The translations under genes were made by a program, and so were the position numbers. From contig MQRK01231162.1 of assembly GCA_001938485.1 (NCBI GenBank), forward strand, positions 1 through 64,000: 64,000 nucleotides of DNA, written 5' to 3'. The notes beneath the pieces were generated by a model, which was not told where the DNA came from, made no database searches, and was given only the letters and a program-made list of their open reading frames with translations. The stretch's first letter is position 1; the number at the start of each line of letters is the position of its first letter. Source of the stretch: Girardia tigrina. Taxonomy: Eukaryota. Below, piece by piece: positions 13,785-26,455 of this stretch.

Positions 13785-16779
13785 CTGAATTATCATTTAA
13801 ATTATGTTAATTACATCAATTTTATTTACTTTGCATGCAACTACCATAGCTTTAACAAAAGTCATGTTAAGATCCTCTTGAACCACTAACATGCAAGCTA
13901 AAGCTACCACAGATGGTCTTTGAAAACAAATTTTTAGAGACGTCTGGCTTAGTTCCAATAACGTTTCCAGTTTTAACCAACTACTTAATTTTTCATTGCC
14001 TCTAACTTTCCAAAAAAAAGCAAGAAAGTTATGAGCCGTAACTAATTGTAGATTATTATTTAGTTTCGTTAGGATAATATCCATCATTCGCTCGAGATCT
14101 TGTACTGTTCCTCCACATTTTGACAATAGGGTCAAACTTTCTAATGATGGACAAATTATCTGTAAAAAATTATATTTATTAATACATATATTTATTTAAT
14201 TTACAATCATAATAAAACAAATTTTATTACGCTATAGTTCTATACTATTCTTATTTAAAATTTTATTTATTGAAATTCTCAAAAACGATCTTATAATTTT
14301 GATAAAGTTGTAGTAAATTATTCTTCAGATTATTTGACATCACAAAATTTTGCGAACATCTTGGACTTTGTAAATTATTTCATAGATCAGTTTGCTTTAA
14401 CCAGGAGCGAGAGAAGAGTTTTTTATTAAGATTTTATTAAGGCGCCTAATTATAATATTGTTTTAAAAGAACAGAATTTTTTGACGTATTTTCTGAATTT
14501 AAACATTTTTTATTTTAGTCTTCCTGTGTTAGTCAAAATTGTCAATAAAAACATTAAATATTTTTTCATTTCTTTTATTCAATATTACCCTTTTCGGATT
14601 AATAGTGAAGTGATTAAAAAATTTGTCTTAAATACATCATTCATATTTAATATCTTATACATTTAATTAAAATTAAATTAAAATTTTTGTATGGAGTGAA
14701 TGATTTAATTTTTTTAAAAGAACGTACAACATTAAACATTAAAAATACTGTTCTAAACTTTTAAAAAATATTGTAAACCAAATTAATTTAATTTATCTAA
14801 CTTTAAATTTTACTTTATTTTAGACTAGATAAAATAATATTTCATTTTATACTTTATGTTCCTTACATTAATTATTCAATAACGTAAATTTTAATATAAA
14901 TTAAAAGAAGCAAAATGATTTTTTTTCGTTTAAAATTATCTTTTATATAATTTAAAAGCTGTTCTTTTACACTTTTAATATTCTATATTTATTTGAAGAT
15001 TATGTATACATATTTCGTCAATCGATATTTTCAACACAAATCGAGGACACGAAAACAAGGTCAAGCAAGGTTATTTTAACATCAACATTAATTGTAACAT
15101 AAGAACAAATATCCAGAGTAGTCGGATTGAACTTTTAGACACAAACGAAATTGAGAGACCAACACACATTCACGCACATAAATTATACACCAATTGACAA
15201 CCAATCAAAACACGAATTAAGTACATCATTGTGTGTATTCAAGTAACAAGCCACACTTTCTCATTAATTGACACAGTTTAAAAGTGTATGTGTGTCGATT
15301 ATGTAATTAGCCACACTTTTTCATTAATATGCAATTTTTAAACAAATACAAATTCGAAAATAATTTTTTCATTAATCTTACTTTCTCTGATTCCGCACTT
15401 TTTGCAGCAATATAAAAACTGGTTGCAGCAACACAAGTCATATATTTCGGTTTAACCTGAAGAACAAATAATTATTATTATTAATGTAACTTATAACAAT
15501 TGATAATATTTAAAAACTTTGAAAATTTCAATTAGTACTTTTCAAATTAGTTTTTTAACTACATCTTAAATTTTAAATAAATAAAATCCACTGAAATACA
15601 AATTTACTTTGTGAATTAAACTCAAAATTCGTACTTTCACTCGTCAAAAAATATTTTTTTCAAATATATTTTTTGAATATTTAAATTAATATTTCTGATA
15701 CAAGATTTGTATTAACTAAATTTTCAAAATGTAATTTGTGAATAAAACTCAAAATTCGAAAAACAAATCGATAGATTTCACGAAAATATCAATCGATAAT
15801 TTGAAAAATATTTTTTCATAAAGTCGAATTAAATCAAATACTTTCTAAAATAATTTTAATATTCAAAATTTTGTTTATACTTTTATGATTTTTATCCAAT
15901 TAATTTACTTATAAATAAATTAACTTAATATTAAAAATAAAAAAAATTTTTTGAAAATTTAAATTTAATATTTTTGAAATGAGATTTATTAACTAAAATT
16001 TCAAAATTTATATTTGTGAATAAAAGTCAAAATTCGTAATTTTATTCATCAAATAAATCCCCATTATTTCGTTTTTATTTTTTTACGATTTTTTACCTGA
16101 TAATTTTCTTTATTTTAAATATAAATAAAATATCAAATAACTTCATATTAAAAACAAACACTAAATAATTTGGATTTATATTTTTTAAATTAGATTTATT
16201 ATTAACTAAAACTAAAATAATTTCTTTTGTGAATAAAACTCAAAATTCATACTTTCACTCGAGAAATAAATCGATCGATTAACGACACTGATTTCACGAA
16301 AATATCAATCGGTAATTCGAAAAACACTTTATTCAAAATTTGCAAATTCTTAACGGTAAAATCTCGTAAATCGGCATTGACTTTCTCTTCGACAATCGGA
16401 TCAACGTAAAATAGAAACGAACAATCAATATATGAACGATTTTCCGTGTATAACATATTTGATATGTGACTGATCAATTTTTGCGGATCTTGTTTCTGAA
16501 ATTAACAACAACGATAGTAAATTGTCGTTTATTCTCGTGAAACAATAAGAATAATCAAAAAACACGAACCTCTCGATAAATCATTTGGAATGATTGCTCT
16601 GTTTTTTGGATTGGTTTCTGAAGCACCGGTAGAGATTGAGAATGTTGGTCATCGATCGCTGGTTTCGTTTTCTTTGTTTTTATTCCTCTTGGAAAGACAG
16701 ATTTAGGTAGTTCGGTTGATTCGATTAATTTCACTAAACTCTCCGAATTGACGATTGCCAACATTCTCTTTTTCGTCAT
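13602..16779 (-). CDS. CCNG: Cyclin G (5 coding exons, 346 aa)
   Basis: Exons 16779-16570, 16495-16253, 15456-15382, 14159-13830, 13784-13602, all with GT-AG phase-0 introns (74, 796, 1222, 45 nt) giving one open frame. Cyclin box SVSLIDRFISRVKVKPKYMTCVAATSFYIAAK, DLERM, RPSVVALAC and cyclin-G C-terminus LVWTISKRT...LATIPE. Start uncertain: an in-frame ATG also exists at 16989. Confidence 0.88.
13830..14159 (-). CDS. CCNG: Cyclin G coding exon 4
   Basis: tttttacag|ATA...AAA|gtaaat; contains DLERM and RPSVVALAC. Confidence 0.88.
15382..15456 (-). CDS. CCNG: Cyclin G coding exon 3 (absent from ORF track)
   Basis: ttcttcag|GTT...AAA|gtaaga; encodes VKPKYMTCVAATSFYIAAKSAESEK. Confidence 0.88.
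16253..16495 (-). CDS. CCNG: Cyclin G coding exon 2
   Basis: Acceptor tttcag|AAA, donor AAA|gtatga; encodes ..LRDFTVKNL..SVSLIDRFISRVK. Confidence 0.85.
16570..16779 (-). CDS. CCNG: Cyclin G coding exon 1
   Basis: ATG at 16779, donor GAG|gttcgt at 16569; poorly conserved N-terminus. Confidence 0.65.
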
Positions 16780-17638
16780 CGTTTTGTTGTTGATGGTTAA
16801 ATGCAAAAATTGTATTTTTCTACCGAGAACTATTTGAAAGTCATATGTAATAGAAATGCAATATATGCATAACCGAGTGACAAGTTTTTTTGAAACCGAC
16901 CAATCAAAATCGAGATTTACGTTATCAGCTGATAGAAAATGTTCTACCCCTGTTGGTAGTTCTTTGAGAGAGACTGGTTGAAATTGCATGCAATCTTATT
17001 GCCTCACCCGGTGTCTGACTCGCGCATACAATTGGTATTGTGTGTCGTGTTGGTGTGTTGTTGTTTTGTTCTTCGTTTGTATCGTTTGTTTGTAACCACA
17101 AATTTCTTACAGTTTTTATTATAAGCGTTTTTAATAAATCGATAATTTTATTATGTATGTATTTTTTTTAATAATTATGATTGAAATAGATTATGTATTA
17201 TTAGCAAATATAATTTTAATAATTAATAATATTTAAGTTTTTTTATGCTGAAAGAGAAAAATGATACATTCAATAATATTTTTTTAGGATTGGGATTTAT
17301 CTAGAGCAAAACTAAGAGAAAAAAATTGTTTTTGAATTTTTGAAATATTTAAATTTGAATTCTTAATTTTTTAAATAATTATTATTATTTTATTAAAGAT
17401 AAAGAAAAATTGTTTTTGATTGAATAATAATTTTTATTTATTTATTTTAAATAATTAAATTAATTTCTTTTTAATTGTATTATCTATTTGAATAATTGCT
17501 TGGGTCACAAAAAATTCAAATCTTATAATTACGATAGGGGAATCTTAATAAGTTCGAGCACCCTTGGGATAAAAATATTTGGCTCCCCAAATACAATAAA
17601 ATAATTTTTCACAATGTCATAATATTATAGAATTTGAT

Positions 17639-17646
<8 letters not shown>

Positions 17647-17690
<44 letters not shown>
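17647..17690. repeat. (TA)n microsatellite
   Basis: Perfect TA run. Confidence 0.95.
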
Positions 17691-17692
<2 letters not shown>

Positions 17693-17899
17693 ATAATACA
17701 ATAGTTCAAAAAATCATACTCTAGAAACAATACATGAAAACCAAAAATAAATGATTATTTTCAGATCTAACAGAATCTTACACGTTTATTTAGCAAAAGT
17801 TTCTCAGACAAAATAAAAAATTATGCCTACTACACAAGTATCTGGGATTTATTAAAATAATTAACAACAACAATATGACTTGAACATTTATTACTATTG

Positions 17900-18306
17900 A
17901 AAATAAAATTTTCATTACAAAAATTCTTCAAATTCCTTTCACTATATGACTTACTAAATATCTCTTGATTAATATTTTTCTGTGTATCATCCTAGTTTTT
18001 GAAAACAAATGGAAAATATTAATAAAATTAATTAATAATCAAAACTATCATTGGTTAAATCAATTCTAAACACTTTTTAAAAAAGTACCAATTAAATTAA
18101 TATATAAAAATTTTAAATTACATTAAAAATTAAATATTACATTTGAAAAATATTTTAAATATTTATATTTTAAAATTAAATAAAATTATTTTCAAATAGG
18201 AATCAAAGATAATACCAATCAGCCATCTGGGTAGGAGAGACACAATCCGAATCAACATACAACATGCTAATTATAAATCAAGAAACAAATCAGAACATTT
18301 CTCACA
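17900..18306 (-). repeat. LTR family A copy (TGTGAG start), decayed
   Basis: Reverse complement of the family core (ccatctgggtaggagagacaca...ctcaca). Left boundary approximate. Confidence 0.6.
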
Positions 18307-18529
18307 AATATAATGAATTGAAAAGAATGACAAAAATTATAGAAAAGTAATAATATGCTCGGAAAAAATTAGAATGCTTCGAAAAATGTTAATGAACAAA
18401 TGATTAAACTAATATACATTATTCAACAGAAAAATCGCCAATGAGTTCAAATACATTTTCACAATGATGAATATAGCCATGAACCTCTCGTTAAAGATTA
18501 AGGTCTGACGCGCATCAGAGAGGAAATCT

Positions 18530-19990
18530 TCAAGTGTTTCCAATTGTTTATTTTTTCAGTTTTATTTTGAGCATCTTGTTCAGCCAACATTCACAGCTGT
18601 TCGAATTTGCTGAACATTGTTACTGCCCTAGAAAGACTGTGTTGTGCTATGATAAATATATGGATGAGGTGTTATTGTCTCTAGATGATTTCACGCTGTC
18701 TTCATTTTATAAATGTCGTCCAAGAGTTGGTCTACTTTCGGATTCATTGTCATTTATTTTGTCTTTTCAGTATAAGTTTTCTCTGCTTGACATGTCGCAC
18801 ATGATCTTATTATCGTCTCTGTCAATTTATAAAAACTCTTTCATAACATATTCTTCTTCCATGAACGAGTAAGTTTTCTTTTTCCCGGTATGACAAAGGG
18901 CTTTATCAAAAAAATAACACACAATCCTTTCTGAATTCGTTCTGTATCCCGATCTTGTAATCCTTTATTCTTATATATCCTTCTTGTTGGTTAAATCTTA
19001 TTTTTTTTCTCTTCTCCCAGTGCTATAATTATTTCTATAATATCATTACTATTTTGTTTGCAACTGAACTGAAAAATTATCTTTATCCATTGTTATCATT
19101 TGCCTTTTGAATTTACCGTTTTAGCTTGCTCGTCTGTATAAGACATTGGAAACATACCATACAATTCTTTAGAGATAGGGGGTCCGCATTTTGTATAATT
19201 CCCTTTTCGATATTCTCATTTAATGTCCAGACTACTCGAGAAATTTATCCAGGTCTGAAATTGTAGTGTAATCAGCTTTTTCGTTGTCATTATGAACTCT
19301 ATTGCTTTGTTGTCTATTCTCAACTTGAGTTGAGCCCCATACAAGTTGTGTTTAAAATGTCGTGTGAAATGAAAGATTGCTAATAATTATTTCCTGGCGG
19401 TGCAGTATATCATATCGTGTTTTTTATTGACTTCGATTCACATGCAACCAACTGTTCTTCTCATTTGGAATTTTTCTGTGATAATGACATTGATATCGTG
19501 TCAAAAGACGTATCTGCGTCTAAAATAGATTTTTTTCAAAATCCAGATAGCACAATAACGGCGCCAATGATAATACCTCATTCAATTTCTGGAATGCTGT
19601 TCAATAAGCCTCCGACCAGTGTGTTAAGTTTTACGACCTCTCATACATTTCATCGAATATTTTGACAATTTCGAGTAATTTTGTATAAGTTTCCTTTAGT
19701 AATTACATATTTCTAGGAAACAACGCAATTTCTTTAAACACTTGAACTGTTCGAATTCCTTTATCAGTTCTTAATTTAATTCTTGATTCACTCTCTGTTC
19801 ATCGTATGACGAAAAATTGCAACTCTACAAAAAGAATTTTCATATTTCTGGATTTATTCTCAGTCCCGCCGCTTCTATGCGCTTAAATAGCTTAAAAACT
19901 TATCAAAGTGTACATTTTTTGTTTTAGACAATGGCTTTCTTTCACAAATTTTCTTTCTAAAGTTTTGGTCATACCATTCCGATGCTTTTT
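18530..19990 (-). mobile_element. Degenerate Ty3/gypsy pol (RT-RNase H-integrase), same family as 53205-57764
   Basis: Nucleotide similarity, e.g. ctggatttattctcagtcccgccgcttctat (about 19848) versus about 55215; FTRHFKHNLYGAQLKLRIDNKAIEFIMTTKK; many stops and frameshifts. Confidence 0.85.
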
Positions 19991-20046
19991 ATACCTTCTC
20001 TACTCCATTTTAGTTCTAAACTAATAACTCTTATTAATATTATTCC

Positions 20047-20400
20047 TGTGAGGAATATTTGAATGTTTGATGTTTTGTGTTTGAATGTGTATGTTGATTT
20101 GGAAATGTGTCTCTTCTACCCAGATGGATGATTAATATTTGAATTCTTATTATCTAAAAATATGTAATGTTTAAATTTATTTTTAATTTCAAATAATTTT
20201 ACAATTTTAAATAAGTTTATTATTTTTTATAATATTTAATAAATAAATCAAATTAATATTTTTTAAATAATTAATAATCATTTTAATTTATATCCAATAA
20301 GTTTTTAGTAAATATTTTATTAAAATATTTATTTCCCCATTTGCTAAAAAATAATAAGAATTAATTCAGTAATCAATTTAGTTTAGAATGCAATCGTACG
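20047..20400 (+). repeat. LTR family A copy
   Basis: tgtgaggaatatttgaatg...tctcttctacccagatgg; right end approximate. Confidence 0.7.
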
Positions 20401-22199
20401 AAAGCTTTGATAAAGATTGTCTTAAGGGCAATCAAAATTGTTGTTTAAATAAAAATATGACAAACCAAATTGGTGTTCTTAATAATTCCAAAAATAATTG
20501 CTGGAAACACTACTTGTACAACATAATATAACTGATTAACCCCTTTTTTCTCATAATAAGTATCCACTATATTCATCCCGCTACCATTTTCATATATTTT
20601 CGAACCTGTAACTGGAAACCAATTTTCAAGCCAATAACATTAATTCGGGTCCCTGTTATTCTTCGCTATGACAAACCTTATACATCACAACCGTTCACCT
20701 TTTTCATAAGAAAGGTGCACATGTTCTCAGCAACATTTCGGAAGACGATATAATACCATGAATAAACAATATTTAAAAATTATACAAATTAAAAATACAC
20801 AGTAAAAATAATTTAATTTTATTAAGACAGTATTGCAATAAATCATTTAAAAATTTAAAAATACGTCAAAATATGGCTAAGGTTCCTGTGAAAATTCAGA
20901 CATGGCAATTTGTATTTTATAAAAGAAACACGAAACCTTTTTTCAGCAATAAATTTTAATAAAGGTAGTTTTATAAGTCAGGGGTACTCTTTCAGTCCGG
21001 GATAATTTTTCTGATACACATATACACATTATTTTATTTATAGCAATAAAATGTCGGCTCTTCAATAATCTGCTGGTCTGTATAATATTTCAAAATATTT
21101 ACTTTTCTTTAGTCTCCCAAAATTAGCGCCTGAGCTATAGACCATTTTGTAAGATGAACAATAGAGGCCTGGATCTCAGTCGAGACTAAAATTAAAAAAT
21201 ATTTTAAATATTTCTAAAAGCAATATTAAATTTAGAAATTTCAATACTTAAAATAATATTAATTGTAAAATTTTTTTTGCAATAAAATAAATAATATAAC
21301 TATTTATTATTTATTTTATCTAACAACGTATAAAAATTGTATCTAAAATTTAGTTATAAATGAAGACTGACTAAGTTTAATATTTATATTTTGTCTATTA
21401 TTAATAGAGAAATTAAAAAAAATTCAATTTGAATTTTAAAGTTATTTATTATTTTGAATAAATTATAAAAATAAATAAATAATGTTTTCTTAAAAATATT
21501 ATTCAAATTCATTGTAATTAATTCGAAAATTCGACGGCACAAAAAAATCAGTAATTTGAATTAATTTATTATCAATTTTACAAAAACTTGGAAATTCGAA
21601 ATAATTTATCAAGAATAATTATTTATTCCGAAATTGTGTATTTTTTCAACAAATATAATTAGAAAAATATTTTCTTAATTTTTTTTCTTCAAATAAATAT
21701 ATATAAATATATTAAATTACGTAAAATAATTTGAATAAATGAAATAAAAAAATAGGAAATTATATCACTAAGTTTTATTTATTAAATTTTTTTTGGTTAA
21801 ATTATAATTATTCTGCTTAATTGAAATAGTTTGAAAATATTATTGTAACAAATTATATTTTATATATTTCTTTGTTTGCAGTTGCACGTATGACTCACGA
21901 TGCTCGGCTAATGCCAACCAATTGCACATGCATACCTGGTGGATGTCGTTGACGAGCAGCTTGAAGACAGTTTTCCTACCCCCAGTAATTATTAAAATAA
22001 TAATTACAAATCTTTATTCACAATTATAAATACATTTAATTTTACTATTCTGTTTCCATTCTAGAAACTTTGAACGATAATTGCTTAAGACATTAAAAAA
22101 AAGATAATACTTAAATTATATTCAATTGAGCTAGCGAGAATATTTATTCAAGATTTTCTGATGGTAAATTAATCTATTAAATATTTTTATTATGTCTTA

Positions 22200-22204
<5 letters not shown>

Positions 22205-22237
<33 letters not shown>
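22205..22237. repeat. (TA)n microsatellite
   Basis: TA run. Confidence 0.95.
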
Positions 22238-22244
<7 letters not shown>

Positions 22245-23477
22245 TTTTGAATTAAGTGTAACTATAAGAAATATATTTAATAAAACTATCTTTAACTAAT
22301 TATTATTATTTAAAAAATTAAAAATTTTAGTCCAAGAGTGTTTTTATGATAAAGTCAGAATAATAATCTATAAATATATACATTATGTAATTCGGGGGAT
22401 CACTAGGGTCGACTCCACCCCGGATCACTTAATTGTGAATTGTTCCGTCGGTCGGAAACCCTACTCGGCGATCTTGTCGGCTCCTTGGAGTCGTTTGGGT
22501 CCACCGTAATTTTAAACCTAGCGGATAAACTCTGTGAACCAGAAACTTCTCTAAGAATAATGCATTTTTCGACCGTAATGCCTTCCACATCTCACGTATG
22601 TATTGGTGTGTTGAGACACGTAAATCATTTAAAATGATTAGTAATTAATCAATTAGGGTTATTTAAATTTGGAGTTTAAAATGAAGCATAAAAATAAATA
22701 ATTGAAATAACTTAATAAATGATAATGACTTGTTACAATGATATTAATAATAACCCTCTTCCTTAGATTTTCTAATCACTACTTTAAATTTTTTTATTGA
22801 TAAACGTATTAGCTTGTTAAGTATGATATTTGTAAGCATGATAACAATAAATTAAAATGGTTATAATTTCACAATGACTGAACATTTTGTTGTTCAGGTT
22901 TTCTGTTTGATTGTTAATATTATATATTGTTATTATTTGTTTGATTTTTTCACGTTCACGAAAACACATCACCAAATCGCGAAAAAATACGAAAAAATAT
23001 TATGAAAATGAAAAATTGCTAAAAAATGACTGAATTGTAAAAAAAAAGAAATTCTTACTTAATTATCAAACAATAATTTTTATTTGATGAATATTAATAG
23101 TGTCCTACAACTTTATATATTAGATAAAAAAATAATTATATATAAATTATATTATATAAATTATATAATATTAATTCAATAAAGATTTAATAAAGATAAT
23201 CAATGACAATGGTTTTATGAAATGATGTTTAACAAATATATCAAACGAAATTGGATTTAGACATTATCTCTCTTTCCTTTGGTTTCTTTTGCGTATCTAG
23301 GAATCTCAAAATTGTTTAACTATGGATTTTAATTCATTTCTCGTTGTTCAATTGTGAGCCAATTTAACAACAACAATTCCTTATCCTAAGAAATTTGAAT
23401 TCGATCGACAATTAACAATTAAACCATTCGATCAATTAAATCGCACTAAACTTGTTGATCCAGAGCTCCGCTATTCC

Positions 23478-23483
<6 letters not shown>

Positions 23484-23517
<34 letters not shown>
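23484..23517. repeat. (TA)n microsatellite
   Basis: TA run. Confidence 0.95.
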
Positions 23518-23519
<2 letters not shown>

Positions 23520-23879
23520 GTTAGTTGCTATATTATTTTATTATATATTTGTATAAAAATGTATTTTTTATATTTTCATTCATTTATTTATTTCTATAAA
23601 AAAGTTAACTGAAACACGTTTCAGTTAACTCTTTTACAAATATTATTAAAAGTTAAATAAAAAGCATAATAAATTTTCAAATTTGCAAAATTAAACGAAA
23701 TGATCTTCCAATTAGACAAGTAAAAAAATTAATCCTTCAAATTACACAAGTAAATAAAATTATTTTTAAATTTCAAAGTAAATTAATTAATCCCTTAAAT
23801 TACATAAGTTCTCAAATTACATACAATTCTTAAATTACATAAGTTCTCCTTCTCAATTAATTCTTCCTCTACTTTGTTT

Positions 23880-24600
23880 ATTGCCTTTCCTTCAGTGAGC
23901 CGGATCTCTAGCTCCTTCCACTTGAGGAATACCTGGGCATGCGATGCACTAAGTTCGTGTTCATGAACTTTAGGATTTAATTTTCACCAGTTCTTTAACC
24001 TTCTTCAGCAGAAAAACTAGACAGCCCAACTGAAAACAGTCTGCAGTAAAAGCAGAACAGGGCTTCCTTTGAAGGAGAAAACACCGTCCATGTTCTCATA
24101 CTTTTCTCACCGTTCCGTAGATCACGAAAAACCAGCTTTGTAGTGTCACCTTTTGTGCTTGTTCCTGGTTGCGGTACTTCTTTGAATTCACAATGAAGGT
24201 ACTGCATAGAAGTTTATCCCTGACGAACAAGCATAGCGCGAATTTCATGGCTAATCTTAACAGATCAAAGACCAATGTCAGTAAAATCAGTTACAAAGTC
24301 TGTTTTCAGAGTGATTAATTGTTGCCTTTCTTGTGCTTCAATTTCACTCTCACAAACTTCTGCATCAATACCACCTTCGCCTTCCACAGTAACAGTACCG
24401 AATTCAATTGTCGCATGAGTAATATCAAATTTATCTCCAGTCTCTATTGGATTGTCGTTCTCCGTATACATCACTTTGTTCGTAGGCAATGAAGTCCTTT
24501 GGATGAATTTCAACAGTGCCCCTTCATTGTTTTTTGTATCCTCTTCCACTGCTTTTTTCTTCTTACGGAATGACGCCCCACTCTGTTTGACTCTTCCTTA
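23880..24600 (-). mobile_element. hAT (ZMYM1-like) transposase N-terminus with TTF-type zinc finger, decayed
   Basis: RTWTVFSPSKEALFCFYCRLF...LNPKVHEHELSASH...WKELE across frameshifts and stops. Confidence 0.75.
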
Positions 24601-26455
24601 CTGTTGTAGCCTCTAATTTCACAAGAAAACGTGGAGTTAGTTAGCTAAAAAATAATTATTTGACAAAAAATTAAAAATTAATGATTTTATTAAAACAATT
24701 TTGAATATGATTTATGTATTTTTTTCTTTTTTAATGCGGTAAAACAAATTTGTTGGTTTTTTTAAATTCTGTTTTTTATTGTTTAGTTAATAATTATTTT
24801 TTACCAAAATAATTTGTCGTTTTCTTGGGAAATTAGCGATCACAACAAAAATTTCGCATTAGCGAAAAAAACGAGTCCTTTTAAACGACGAATTGGTTTT
24901 ACCTTATTAAATAAGAATAAATACATATGCAATATCGAATTTTTTTTTAACAAAATCGACTTTTTTAATTTTCAATTTTTTTCAGCTTCATCAAAAAAGT
25001 CAAATTTGTTTGCTAAAAAATTACATTATAATCTTGTCCATTATTCTGTTAATTATTTTTTATTGATTAAGATCCTAAGAACAAGCCCCGAGTTAATTCG
25101 GTCTATGGTGAAGAATATGCTACCATTGAGTATGTTCACGCAATAATTCTGGGAAAATATATTATTAAATTTATCTCCAGTCTCTATTGGATTGTCGTCC
25201 TCGGTATACATCACTTTGTTCGTAGGCAATGAAGTCCTTTGGATGAATTTAAACAGTGCCCCTTCATTGTTTTATTAAATTGATACTAACTAAAGATGTC
25301 CACTTGACTCATCTTTTATCTTCAAATAAAGGTGGGTCCTAAAGTCATTTAAAAAATTTTAATTTTGTTATTTGCAAATTAATTTGTTTTTATTAATATC
25401 GTTTAGTAGCTTATGTAGCCTCAATGGCGATTCTCGCCCGTTTATGTGATGTCACTATGTTTATTTTAGAAAAAAAACTGAATATCTTAAAAATATAAAA
25501 TTTATAAAAATAATATTTTCAATTTCGAAAGTTATAAAAACCGAGAACTTTGATAATCACTCAAGATTTGGACCAAACTCGCCAGTTGTCTCAAACGGAA
25601 AACGATGAAAGGAGTATTCTGTTTCAAAGACAGAAATAGAAAACTTATGAAAAATAATTTAATATTTTCATTTTGATAAATACAAAAAAATAATAATATT
25701 AAAATGGATAAATAGTTGACAAATGTTGTCAAACTCTTGCTTTGGATCACAAAATCCGATCCAAAGTTTAGGAAACCGGTTTTTGTATGATAAATATGAA
25801 TCACAAATATTATAGTTGTGACAATTGTTTTGTTTAATTTATGATTAAAGATGAGTGAATCCAAAAATAATAAACAAATTCCAAATTAAAAAAAAATAAA
25901 AATAAGGAACCTCTCGTTGTCTAGAATCTCGAATGTCCAAGATTTTGGTTCTTTAACAATAATAGATAATTGTCAAATAATTAAAATTAAGACAATATTT
26001 TATATGAATAAAATGTGAAGGCAAATTAATTAAAAATATATTTTAATAAAAATCTAATTAACTTCATTACAATATGTAATTTAATGGTTTTTTTTCAAAA
26101 ATATAAATATGTTTTTTTCAAATTTATTTCTATATTTTTAAATCATATATTGAATATATTGAATAATTTGTTTGTAATATAACATGCAATGTTTTTATAG
26201 TTGTCATTGACTGTGTTAAAAGCATTGACACAATTATTATTAAAACATTTATCATCATTACAATTAGAGTAGTCTCCGCGACGACTCTGTGAAGATCCTT
26301 CATTATTTATCATAATTCTAATAATTGTTATATCTGGATATTTTTATTATGATTATTCGAACAAATTTCCTCATTTTTCAATAACATTTATTATATATGT
26401 AACTTTAAAATATTTAAATATTTGTTATAAAATTAATCAATTTTGCGTTTTTTAC

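Noticed and set aside
16780-16989. 70-codon in-frame extension upstream of the cyclin G ATG
   Set aside because: No cyclin similarity; reads like promoter or 5' UTR. Cannot be excluded without transcript data.
21881-21990. Exon-like GC-richer patch after a good acceptor (tttgtttgcag)
   Set aside because: No recognisable peptide or partner exons.
22388-22640. GC-rich island, possible decayed HDV-like fold or LINE ORF1 scrap
   Set aside because: P3/L3 and P1 pairings need too many mismatches and no J4/2 is evident; the peptide resemblance is too weak.
25532-25864. Hydrophobic ORFs here and at 3236-3481, 9335-9598, 48663-48863, 52255-52527
   Set aside because: F/I/L/Y-rich translations are expected from T-rich DNA; no family motif or splice support.
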